In this document: positions 8,897 through 16,969 of the stretch, piece by piece | Position numbering within the stretch: the first letter of the stretch is position 1 | How the letters are laid out: each line of letters opens with the position of its first letter | Assembly: GCA_963577225.1 (NCBI GenBank) | Contig: CAUYZA010000001.1 | Coordinates: forward strand, 1-39,918 | Source: Dehalococcoidia bacterium | GTDB taxonomy: Bacteria; Chloroflexota; Dehalococcoidia; Bin125 | DNA length: 39,918 bases | Direction of reading: 5' to 3' | Position numbers and translations under genes: made by a program | Notes under the pieces: model-generated | The model's database searches: none | The model's input: only the letters and a program-made list of their open reading frames with translations | What the model was told of the DNA's origin: nothing

Positions 8897-9826
8897 TTAG
8901 AAGCGGCCCCAGATCTTGCCCACCTTGACGCGGGTGACCACTTGCTCTTGGAGTGCCGCTGTAATCACGTCGGGATCGGCGGGGCGGTCGTAACGCAGGC
9001 TGTCGCCAGCGTGCGTGAGGCCATATTGCTGCAAGATTGGGTTACCGGTCGCGTCCTGCTCCACTTGCAGTGTGAAAGCGCGACGGTTGTCCTCGCGGCC
9101 ATGCTCGAAGGCAGCGTGGAGCAGGGCCCGGCTTACCGTCGCGGCGTCGAACTCCGGGTCGATGACGAACTGGTCGGCCAGAACACTCCGCTTTTCGGCA
9201 TCGACGAGGCGGATGTAGCCAGCCATCTTGCCATCGATTTCGGCCAGACCGACGAAGCGCGCCTCGGTGAAGAACTGCTTGGGCAGCGGCGGCGCCAGTG
9301 CATCATCGCCGAGGCGTTCTTCCAGGCCGGCGATGGCGTCGGCGTCGGCGCTGCTCGCCGCCCGCACGCTGACGCCGTCCGGCGCATCCGGGATCTCTTG
9401 CTCGCGCACGTCGCGGCAGCGCATCAGCGAAATGTTGAGCGGATCTTCAAAGCTGGCACCCACGAAAATGCTGTCCTGGTGGTGCCGGCGCGGAAAGTCG
9501 TTGAAGTCGAGCACGACGCGGGTGACGTCGGAATTCGCCATCGCCAGCCGGCTCAACTCGTCAAGCAGCTCAACGAAGTCCTGACGCATCGCGTTGATGC
9601 TGTCGAACTCGTAGTAGAGCCGCAGGTGGCGGCCGAAGGGGACGCCGAGCAGGTAGCCGTCGTCGGACTGAGCGGAGACCAAGTTGGTCTCCTTGACGAC
9701 CTCGTTGTAGTCCACATCGGTGCGATTGCGATACGCAAGCGGATTGGTCGCCAGCGTCTCGTGCAGCTGGCGCACAAGCCCCGGCGTGACGTCCTGGAGG
9801 TAGCGGCTGTTGTCAGGCGTGACCAT
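8897..9826 (-). CDS. Hypothetical two-domain protein whose C-terminal half is GNAT-like
   Basis: The track ORF is 324 aa. The C-terminal half (VSVRAASSADADAIAGLEERL...GYIRLVDAEKRSVLADQFVIDPEF...AFTLQVEQ) resembles an acetyltransferase fold but lacks a clean Q/RxxGxG/A motif. Candidate starts are ATG 9826 or ATG 9844; both overlap the dapF 3' end. Confidence 0.5.
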   Translation of the reverse strand: MVTPDNSRYLQDVTPGLVRQLHETLATNPLAYRNRTDVDYNEVVKETNLVSAQSDDGYLLGVPFGRHLRLYYEFDSINAMRQDFVELLDELSRLAMANSDVTRVVLDFNDFPRRHHQDSIFVGASFEDPLNISLMRCRDVREQEIPDAPDGVSVRAASSADADAIAGLEERLGDDALAPPLPKQFFTEARFVGLAEIDGKMAGYIRLVDAEKRSVLADQFVIDPEFDAATVSRALLHAAFEHGREDNRRAFTLQVEQDATGNPILQQYGLTHAGDSLRYDRPADPDVITAALQEQVVTRVKVGKIWGRF

Positions 9827-10730
9827 TGAGATTCCATTCTCCATCAAAGACGTAGGCGGCGGGCCCCTCAAGGTAGACGGGCGGAGTGGGTTCGGGCCTG
9901 CTTGCGCGGCCGTGCCCAGAAGAAGTCACGGGACCATCCCATTCGAGTTGTAGGTCGCCGCCGGGCAGGCTGATCGTGGCGCGCGGCCCCACGTCCCCGT
10001 GGAGTCGGGCCGCGACCATTGCCGCGGCAGCGCCGGTGCCGCAGGCGAGCGTCAGGCCGGCGCCGCGCTCCCAGACCCGCATGCGCAGATGATCCGGCGC
10101 AAGCACGTTGACAACCTCAAAGTTGGTGCGCTGGGGGAACGCTTCGTGATGCTCCATAGCGGGGCCGAGCGTATGGAAGTCGATCTCGTCGACGGGGATG
10201 TCCGTGAAGTGGACAGCGTGCGGATTGCCCATCGAGAGCGGCGTGATGGAGTAATACTTGCCCTCGACGTGGATCGGGATCCCAAGCAGCGGTCCGCTGG
10301 CATCCACAGGGCCATCGGTCGCGATCGGTATCTCAGCGGGATCGAAGCGCGGCGCTCCCATGGAGAGGCGAACCCGTTCGATCACGCCGTTGGGCTGGTC
10401 GAATGTCGCGCTCAGGACGCCAGCGCCGGTGTCGACATCGATCGCGCCGTCAGTTGCGCTGAGGCCGCCACGCTCGACCGCGTACTTGACGAAGCAGCGC
10501 AGACCATTGCCGCACATCTCGGCCAGCGACCCGTCTGGGTTGTACATCACCATGCGCACGGGGGCGGCGGCGGAGTCGCGCGCGACCAGCAGCCCGTCCG
10601 CGCCGACGCCGAAGTGGCGGTCGCAGACCTCCCGCGCCAGCGCGGGCCAGTCCAGCTCGCAGCGCCGGCCATCGATCAGCACGAAATCATTGCCCGTGCC
10701 CTGAACCTTCGTGAATGGGATAGTGGCCAT
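9813..10730 (-). CDS. dapF: Diaminopimelate epimerase
   Basis: This 305-aa ORF has FTKVQGTGNDFVLIDGR and two catalytic Cys motifs (MCGNGLRCF, LACGTGAAA). Confidence 0.95.
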   Translation of the reverse strand: MATIPFTKVQGTGNDFVLIDGRRCELDWPALAREVCDRHFGVGADGLLVARDSAAAPVRMVMYNPDGSLAEMCGNGLRCFVKYAVERGGLSATDGAIDVDTGAGVLSATFDQPNGVIERVRLSMGAPRFDPAEIPIATDGPVDASGPLLGIPIHVEGKYYSITPLSMGNPHAVHFTDIPVDEIDFHTLGPAMEHHEAFPQRTNFEVVNVLAPDHLRMRVWERGAGLTLACGTGAAAAMVAARLHGDVGPRATISLPGGDLQLEWDGPVTSSGHGRASRPEPTPPVYLEGPAAYVFDGEWNLNGHA

Positions 10731-10793
10731 AACGCAACGATTGTAGAGGGCGCGCGGCCTAGCCGGGGGGTGGTCTTGCGGCTGTGAGGCGCG

Positions 10794-12143
10794 CTAGACG
10801 CCCGCCGTCACCTCTTTGACGCTCTCTTCGACGACGTTGAGCAACTCGTCGACCTGTTCCTTGGTGCTGATCAGCGGCGGCGCGAGGACGAAGGCGTCGT
10901 TGCGCACTCGCGTGATCAGGCCACGCTTCTTGACGGCCCCGAGCAGCTTGGCGCCCATCTTGGCATCCGCCGGGAAGGCCTTGTCGGTCTCCGGGTCTTC
11001 CAAGAGGTCGAAGCCGCACATGAAGCCAAGCCCGCGCACATTGCCGACGTGGGGTAGCTCATCGAGTCGTTGGAGCCCCTGCAGGAGTTGGTCGCCGCGC
11101 TCGGCGGCGTTTTGAACCAGGTTCTCGTCTTCGAAGATCTGCAGGTTGCGCAGCGCGATGGCCGCCGCGACGGGGTGTCCCGAATTGGTGTAGGCGTGCA
11201 TGAATTTCACGCTGGGGTCGGTGTCGGTGATCGTCTCATGAACATCCTTGGACCAGATCGCCGCCCCCATCGGGATGTAGGCGCTGGTGATCGCCTTGGC
11301 GACCGAGACCATGTCCGGCTGCACGTCGAAGTGCTCCAGCGCGAACCACTTGCCGGTGCGGCCGAAGCCGGTGATTACCTCATCGGCGATCAGCAGCACC
11401 TCGTAGCGATCGCAGACGTCGCGCAACTGGCGGAAGTAGTCGGGTGGGGGCGGGTAGACGCCGCCCGCACCTTGAACGGGCTCGGCGATCACGGCCGCGA
11501 CGGTGTCGGCACCCTCGCGCTCGATGGCGGCGACGATGTTGTCGATGTTGACGTTGCCGGGGTCGATGCGGCCGCCGCCCGTCACTTCCACCTCCGGCGT
11601 AACGGCGGGGATGACCTCCGCCACGGTGGGCAGGAAGTTGGGGTAGAAGACCGACATGCCGGTGGCGCTCATCGTGGCCAGCGTGTTGCCGTGGTAGGCC
11701 TCTACGCGGCTGATGATCTTGTTCTTCTCGGGCTTGTCTTTGACCGACCAGTAGAAGCGGGCGGCCTTGAAGTTGGTCTCGTTCGATTCAGAGCCGGAGT
11801 TGGTGTAGTAGACGCCCTGCATGTTGTCGTAGCTGAGGTCGACGACCTTGTCGGCGAGTTCGATGGCGGCTTCGTTCGTGAAGCCGACGTAGTTGTTGGT
11901 CCAGGTGCTGCGGGTGATCGCTTCGGCGGCGGCTTGTGCCAGCTCAGGGCGCCCGTGCCCGACGGCCGCGTTCCAAAGACCGGAGAGCCCGTCGAAGTAG
12001 CGCATCCCGTCGTGGCCGTAGATGTAGGCACCCTCGGCGCGGTCGACGAGGAGCGGTTCCCCGTGGTCGGCCTTGTGGTACTGGGGGTGGACCCAGTGGT
12101 CGTGGTCGGTCTGCAGAAGCTCGTTGTAGCGGGCGTCGTCCAT
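10794..12143 (-). CDS. Class-III (omega-type) PLP-dependent aminotransferase
   Basis: This 449-aa ORF has YFDGLSGLWNAAVGHGRPEL, LIADEVITGFGRTGKWF and a PLP-lysine region DMVSVAKAITSAY. Confidence 0.85.
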   Translation of the reverse strand: MDDARYNELLQTDHDHWVHPQYHKADHGEPLLVDRAEGAYIYGHDGMRYFDGLSGLWNAAVGHGRPELAQAAAEAITRSTWTNNYVGFTNEAAIELADKVVDLSYDNMQGVYYTNSGSESNETNFKAARFYWSVKDKPEKNKIISRVEAYHGNTLATMSATGMSVFYPNFLPTVAEVIPAVTPEVEVTGGGRIDPGNVNIDNIVAAIEREGADTVAAVIAEPVQGAGGVYPPPPDYFRQLRDVCDRYEVLLIADEVITGFGRTGKWFALEHFDVQPDMVSVAKAITSAYIPMGAAIWSKDVHETITDTDPSVKFMHAYTNSGHPVAAAIALRNLQIFEDENLVQNAAERGDQLLQGLQRLDELPHVGNVRGLGFMCGFDLLEDPETDKAFPADAKMGAKLLGAVKKRGLITRVRNDAFVLAPPLISTKEQVDELLNVVEESVKEVTAGV

Positions 12144-12245
12144 GGCTGGATTCCTCCTTGGTTTGCACGCTGCTGGATTGGGGCGAGCTTAGGGGGTTGG
12201 CAGACTTGGGAGTACGTACGGCGGCACGGACCACGCACGCCGCCG

Positions 12246-13760
12246 TTACTCCAACAGTTCTCGTGCCACGCGGCGGTCGTCCCAGGGGTCGGTGTGGTCA
12301 GCGTAGATCATCGTCTGCTCGGCGCCCTTGCCCGCGATCAAGACGAGATCGTCGGGCTCGGCGAGCTCGAACGCACGAGCGATGGCGGCGCGGCGATCCG
12401 GCTGCTGTTCGAAGTCGTTCGGTTCGTTGGCGCCCTGCGACTGCATGGCGCGGGCGATCGTCGCGACGAGCTCCACGGGGTCGGCGCTGCGGGGATTCTC
12501 GTTGGTCAGGATCGACAGGTCCGCCAGCTCCGCCGCCGCGCGGCCCATCCCCTCACCGCGCGCGATGTCGCGCTCCCCAGCACAGCCGAAGACGACGATC
12601 CGCCGCCCCTCGACGAATGGCTTCACGGCTTCGAGCACGGTGCGCAGGGCAGCCTCTGTGGCTGCGGCGTCGACGATCACGCCGAATGCTTGTCCCGCGT
12701 CGATCCGCTCCATGCGGCCCGGCACGCCGTCGACGAGGCGTAGGCCATCGGCGATGGCCGTAATCGGACAGCCCAGCACGTAGGCAGCGCCTGCCGCCGA
12801 GAGCGCGTTGCGCAGGTTGAAGCGGGCCGGGAGCTGGATCCGGGTGCCGTAGGCGCCAGCGGGCGTCGCGACGCGGAATGTGCTGGCGATGGCGCTGGTC
12901 TGGACGTCGGAGAGGGACACGTCGGCGCCGCTGTTTTCGAAGCTGACCCGAGTCAGCGGTGCACTGCTTGCCGCCGCGATGGCGTCAAGCTGCGGCTCAT
13001 CGGCAAAGACGACGCCTGCTCCTCCGTCGCTAAGGGCGCGAAACAGATCCAGTTTGGCGTCAAGGTAGGCCTCGCGCGTGCCATGGAAGTCGAGGTGGTC
13101 GTCGCTCAGTCCGGTGAAGACCGCGACATCGAAGTCGCAGTAGTCGAGCCGGTGTAAGGCGAGACCATGCGAAGTCGCCTCCAGCGCGACGTGGGTCTGT
13201 CCGTCCTCGACCATCTCGGCCAGCATCGCCTGCATCAGATCGGCCTCTGGGCTGGTCTGCGTGATCTGGTTCCAGCGCCAGTCGTCGCCCACTTTGAACT
13301 GCACGCCACCGATCAGACCCGTGGGGTGGCCGGCGCCCTCCAGAATCGAGCGCAGCAGATACGTGGTGGTGGTCTTGCCGTCGGTCCCCGTTACGCCGGT
13401 CACGGTCAGCTTGCGCGCGGGGAAGTCGTGGTACGCGGCGGCGAGGGCGGGCAGCGCGATACGAGTGTCGGGCAATTCCAGCAGCGACGCGCCATCGTCG
13501 ACCAGGGGCTGCCAGACATCGCGCTTGTCGCTCTGCACGACGAGTAGTGCCGCACCGGCCGCGCGAGCCTCGGCCAGGAAGGCATGCCCATCGACGCTGA
13601 AGCCCAGCACGGCCACGAAGACCCCACCCGGGACGACCGCGCGCGAATCCTGCGTGACACCCGTTAGCGGCGCGTCGAGGTCCGCGCCATGACGGGCCGC
13701 AAGCGAGCTGAGTTGCGGCAAGGCATCGAGCAGGGCGGGCAGGCATCGATCGTGGGGCAT
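12246..13760 (-). CDS. murE: UDP-N-acetylmuramoyl-L-alanyl-D-glutamate--2,6-diaminopimelate ligase
   Basis: This 504-aa ORF has the Mur ligase P-loop VTGVTGTDGKTTTTYL and a C-terminal DDRRVA-type end. Confidence 0.95.
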   Translation of the reverse strand: MPHDRCLPALLDALPQLSSLAARHGADLDAPLTGVTQDSRAVVPGGVFVAVLGFSVDGHAFLAEARAAGAALLVVQSDKRDVWQPLVDDGASLLELPDTRIALPALAAAYHDFPARKLTVTGVTGTDGKTTTTYLLRSILEGAGHPTGLIGGVQFKVGDDWRWNQITQTSPEADLMQAMLAEMVEDGQTHVALEATSHGLALHRLDYCDFDVAVFTGLSDDHLDFHGTREAYLDAKLDLFRALSDGGAGVVFADEPQLDAIAAASSAPLTRVSFENSGADVSLSDVQTSAIASTFRVATPAGAYGTRIQLPARFNLRNALSAAGAAYVLGCPITAIADGLRLVDGVPGRMERIDAGQAFGVIVDAAATEAALRTVLEAVKPFVEGRRIVVFGCAGERDIARGEGMGRAAAELADLSILTNENPRSADPVELVATIARAMQSQGANEPNDFEQQPDRRAAIARAFELAEPDDLVLIAGKGAEQTMIYADHTDPWDDRRVARELLE

Positions 13761-13778
13761 GGAACCAGTGTATTGAGA

Positions 13779-13804
13779 GGGGGCGACCCGCGCGGGCCGC
13801 CCCC
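13779..13804 (-). terminator. GC-rich palindrome immediately 3' of rnpB (possible terminator or processing hairpin)
   Basis: GGGGGCGACCCGCGCGGGCCGCCCCC is almost perfectly self-complementary. On the minus strand it is followed by TCTCAAT, which is only a weak U tract. It lies 18 nt upstream of the murE ATG. Confidence 0.45.
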
Positions 13805-13807
13805 ATG

Positions 13808-14158
13808 TCAGTGAGACGGTCTATAAGCCGAATTCTGTACCCGCCGAAGCGGGCGGCGGCCATCTATCTATGCGACCTACCCGAGGACGACGTGGGACGC
13901 GTCATGTGTCCTCCTATTTGGCCTTGCTCCAGGTGGGGCTTGCCCAGCCGGCGTGGTCGCCCAGCCGCTGGTGCGCTCTTACCGCACCATTTCACCCTTA
14001 CCGCCACGCGCCCTTGCGGAACACGGACGGCGGTATGTTTCTGTGGCGCTATCCGAGAGGTTACCCCCTCCTGAGATTTCCTCAGCACCCTGTCCCGACG
14101 GAGTTCGGACTTTCCTCGACGCGTCCGAAGACACGCCGCGGCCGCCCAACCATCTCTT
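13808..14158 (-). ncRNA. rnpB: RNase P RNA, bacterial type A
   Basis: The minus strand contains GAGGAAAGUCCGAACUCC (P4 5' strand; plus 14100-14117), GGUAAGGGUGAAAUGGUGCGGUAAGAGCGCACC, AGCAAGGCCAAAUAGG and the 3' ACAGAAUUCGGCUUAUAGACCGUCUCAC. All closely match conserved M1 RNA blocks. P1 can form between GAGAUGGUU (plus 14148-14156) and GACCGUCUC. The ends are approximate, within about 5 nt. Confidence 0.9.
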
Positions 14159-14162
14159 TCTT

Positions 14163-14168
14163 AATATA
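14163..14168 (-). promoter_or_regulatory. Candidate -10 box (TATATT) for rnpB
   Basis: On the minus strand, GGAGTATATTAAGAAAGAGAUGG places TATATT about 7 nt upstream of the inferred 5' end of P1. I found no convincing -35 element. Confidence 0.3.
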
Positions 14169-14295
14169 CTCCACGTGCCGGCGGTGGGTGCCGTCGCTTG
14201 GTTGGTATGGAGGTGGGGCGTCGGCCGAGTCAGCCGGGGGCGGAACCTTCTAGGGGCTCTGCTGGAGTGGGAGTGGGCGAGGGAGCGCGAGAGGG

Positions 14296-14751
14296 TCAAC
14301 GGATAGTGTCCAGCGTGCCGTCCAGAGCCGCGTTGGCGAGGGCGTCGGCGCGGGTGTTCTGCTCGCGCGGGACGTGCCGGATCTTGAAGCCGTCAAGCTG
14401 GTCCAGTAGCGCGACGAGTTTGTCGAAGAGCGGCTTGAGCATGGCGTTCCTGACGCGGTAGCGGCCCTCAACCTGGCGCACGATCAGTTGCGAGTCCATG
14501 TGCAGCTCGAGCTCGGTGGCACCGAGCTCGAGCGCGGCTTCGACGGCCGCAATGGCACCCTGATACTCCGCGACGTTGTTCGTGTTGCGACCGATCTGGC
14601 CGCCCAGCGCCTGGAGCTCGTGTCCGTCCACATCCAGCACCACGGCGCCGAAGGAGGCCGGGCCGGGGTTGCCGCGCGAGGCGCCGTCGGCGTAGGCAAC
14701 CAGCCTGAGCAGGGGAGCGTCCGCTTCCATGGCGTCAGCGGCAAGGGCCAT
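14296..14751 (-). CDS. rnhA: Ribonuclease HI
   Basis: This 151-aa ORF has the DEDD residues in context: YADGASRGNPGPASFG, NNVAEYQGAI, MDSQLIV, NTRADALAN. Its ATG (14749-14751) overlaps the TAA stop of the upstream recombinase-like gene. Confidence 0.9.
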   Translation of the reverse strand: MALAADAMEADAPLLRLVAYADGASRGNPGPASFGAVVLDVDGHELQALGGQIGRNTNNVAEYQGAIAAVEAALELGATELELHMDSQLIVRQVEGRYRVRNAMLKPLFDKLVALLDQLDGFKIRHVPREQNTRADALANAALDGTLDTIR

Positions 14752-16211
14752 TAGACGCGCAAGACCGTTCGCACGCTGCCGCCCTCGACGACGACTTGCT
14801 CGACGACGTCGCGCAGCAGGGCGCGTCGATCGCCGAAGGGGAGGCTGCCCCAGTTCTGCCGGATGCGGTCGAGTTGTTGCTCTTGGTAGCGCTGTCGCTC
14901 CTGCTCAGAGGTCTGCGCCTCGCGGCGGCGACGGAGTCCTGCCAACTCTTCCTCCGCGCTCTGATAGTCGAGCACCACTTCCAGCGCCGCCTCGCGCAGT
15001 CCGTCCTGCCCCAAACGACCCTCCGCAGCGCGATCAAGCTGGCTATGAAGGCGCTTCTCGGCCGAGCGCATGCGGGTCTGGATGCGACGCTCGGCGGCCG
15101 ACAGTTCGGCGGCGACGGCCGACGCATCGCCGGCGGCGAGAACGGCGCTGCGCACGGCGCCCTCCGCCTCGCCGGTGAGATGGCGAATCACCTCGGCCTC
15201 AAGATCGTCCGCCCGACGCGTCGCGTACTCGCCGACAGACTGATTCGTGCGCGCCTCGCTCTGGTAGTAGCGGTAGGTGTTGCGCGCCTCTTCCCCGTCG
15301 CGCCGGGTCCAGCGCTGCCGTCGGGTGACGCCGATCATCTTCGAATCGGTGTCGGCGCAGTAGACCAGCCCAGAGAGCAGGAACTGCGAAGGGCCCCTCT
15401 CGTCCGAGCTTGAGTCGGCGCCGGAGGAGCGCTCCTTGGCAAGGTTGTTGGTTCGGCGCCGCTCCGTCGCTTCCTGGACCGCGCGGAAGTCGGTCTCGCG
15501 CACGAGGGCCGGGTGATTGCCCGGCACGCGAACCCCGAAACGGCTGTAGGTGCCGAGGTAGACGCGATTGCGGAGCAGATCGCGAATCGTGACCATGCTC
15601 CAGCGTCCGTCGCGACGGGTGCGGTAGCCCTCTTCGTTGAGCCGTTTGGCGATGCGCCGAATTCCGAGCCCCTCCAGCGAGAGACTGAAGATGTGGCGCA
15701 CAACCTCCGCCTCATGTTCCACCACCTCAAGACGGCGATCCGCGCCGACGCAGTAGCCGTACGGCGGGCGTCCCAAGACCTTGCCTTGGACCGCACGCTT
15801 GCGCATCGCGTCGCGCACCTTGTCGCCCGGCTCGGACTGCGCCCGTTGGGCGGACCAAAGTCCCACGACATTGGCGTCGTCCAGGGGCCCCTCACCCAGC
15901 GAGACGATCTGAGCGGCGCGGGCGGTGATCTGGAAGTAACTGCGGGCGGCTCGAACCCGATCGTCGCCGAGGTGGGCGAAGGCCTGAATCACGACGGTGA
16001 CGAAGCCCTTCTCGGGCTCGTCGAGGTATTGCAGGAGTTGCTGGAAGCCCGGTCGCGCCGCGCTCAGGTCCGCGTCGAGGAAGGCAGCGCTGGGTTCGTA
16101 GCCGTTTGCGTCGCAGTGGGCCAGGAATCCGTCGTTCTGCGCCGAAAGAGAGAGGGCGCCCGGCTGCCCCTTTTGGCGGTCCGGCTCGCTGAAGTATCCG
16201 ATCGCACGCAT
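14751..16211 (-). CDS. Large-serine-recombinase-family protein with atypical or degenerate motifs
   Basis: This 486-aa ORF has a resolvase-like N-domain (MRAIGYFSEPDRQ...), a recombinase domain (GRPPYGY...EAEVVRHIFSL...GIRRIAKRLNEEGYRTRRDGRWSMVTIRDLLRNRVYLGT), a Cys-poor zinc-ribbon-like segment (LLSGLVYCADTDSKMIG...YRYYQSEA) and a long coiled coil. Confidence 0.8.
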   Translation of the reverse strand: MRAIGYFSEPDRQKGQPGALSLSAQNDGFLAHCDANGYEPSAAFLDADLSAARPGFQQLLQYLDEPEKGFVTVVIQAFAHLGDDRVRAARSYFQITARAAQIVSLGEGPLDDANVVGLWSAQRAQSEPGDKVRDAMRKRAVQGKVLGRPPYGYCVGADRRLEVVEHEAEVVRHIFSLSLEGLGIRRIAKRLNEEGYRTRRDGRWSMVTIRDLLRNRVYLGTYSRFGVRVPGNHPALVRETDFRAVQEATERRRTNNLAKERSSGADSSSDERGPSQFLLSGLVYCADTDSKMIGVTRRQRWTRRDGEEARNTYRYYQSEARTNQSVGEYATRRADDLEAEVIRHLTGEAEGAVRSAVLAAGDASAVAAELSAAERRIQTRMRSAEKRLHSQLDRAAEGRLGQDGLREAALEVVLDYQSAEEELAGLRRRREAQTSEQERQRYQEQQLDRIRQNWGSLPFGDRRALLRDVVEQVVVEGGSVRTVLRV

Positions 16212-16270
16212 AAGTCCCCCGCGTTAGCCGACGCTCGGGTTACCGTTGCGGACCCCTCCTGAGGCCCAAC

Positions 16271-16969
16271 CTAGGAAACGTGGATGATGCAGGAACAGGT
16301 CGGGCAGAAGACGGGCTCGGTGCCCCGGCGGGCCCGCGTCAGGAGCGTCGTTGGTAGCGTCAGGCGACAAGAGCCGCAGACCCCACCGACAACGTTGGCG
16401 ATCACGATGGGCCGCTTCAGTCGCTGCTCGTCGTAGATTGCCAGGTCGCCCTCGCTGATCTCGCTGCGCCAGCCATCGACCTCTTCTTGCAGAACGGCTG
16501 CTTCGGAGGCCAACGCGTCGCGCTTGCCCTGGAGCTCGGTTTGCGAGGACGACCACGTCTCGGCCGTGCCACTCGTCAGGGTGGCCAGGTAGTCGAGCGA
16601 CTGACGCTGCGCGTCCTCGACCTCCAGTACCGCGAGCGCCGGATCCTCGGCCTCTTTGAGGCCCCGGCGCAACGCGAAGATCGCCTCTTGCTGATTTCGT
16701 AGCTCCCGTGATTCCTTGATTGAACCGTCGTAGAGCTTGGCATCCTCGGATTCGATGCGCGTGCGACGCTCGTCCAGATCCTCCTCGGCTTCGCGCCGCC
16801 GCGTGTTGGTCTCGTCCAGCAGCTCTTGTTGCGCGGCGACCTCGGCCTCCAGCGCTTCCTGCCAGGGCGGCTCGCCCAGATCGACGTCGATCTCGACGAT
16901 CAGCGCCTTGACGCGGTCAAGGCGCTGATCCGCTTCGTTCAGTTGGGTCAAATCATCGAGTGCGATCAC
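16271..16969 (-). CDS. COG1579-type coiled-coil protein with a C-terminal C4 zinc ribbon
   Basis: This 232-aa ORF is a long charged coiled coil followed by GGVCGSCRLTLP...PVFCPTCSCIIHV (CxxC...CxxC). Confidence 0.85.
   Translation of the reverse strand: MIALDDLTQLNEADQRLDRVKALIVEIDVDLGEPPWQEALEAEVAAQQELLDETNTRRREAEEDLDERRTRIESEDAKLYDGSIKESRELRNQQEAIFALRRGLKEAEDPALAVLEVEDAQRQSLDYLATLTSGTAETWSSSQTELQGKRDALASEAAVLQEEVDGWRSEISEGDLAIYDEQRLKRPIVIANVVGGVCGSCRLTLPTTLLTRARRGTEPVFCPTCSCIIHVS

Noticed and set aside
11070-12743. A 557-aa plus-strand ORF, together with the other long antisense ORFs 6044..7264, 7469..8884, 1666..2583, 8942..9829, 9999..10787, 30471..31445, 30710..31894, 32741..33784 and 36027..37079.
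   Set aside because: Each lies opposite a gene with strong family signatures (aminotransferase/murE, hflX, dapL, CoA-transferase, the GNAT-like ORF, dapF, ruvC/yebC, peptidase, SBP). This is the expected stop-codon-poor antisense frame of a GC-rich genome.
13805-14306. Several 74-127-aa ORFs on both strands between murE and rnhA.
   Set aside because: The region is RNase P RNA, with conserved P4, J11/12-like and 3' blocks recognised on the minus strand. The ORFs are incidental.
14751-16211. The serine recombinase as the marker of an integrated prophage, ICE or genomic island.
   Set aside because: There is no mobile cargo, no att-like repeats and no GC shift on either side. The gene is flanked within 0-59 nt by conserved housekeeping-type genes and is translationally coupled to rnhA. 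It is treated instead as a possibly domesticated gene (see the findings).
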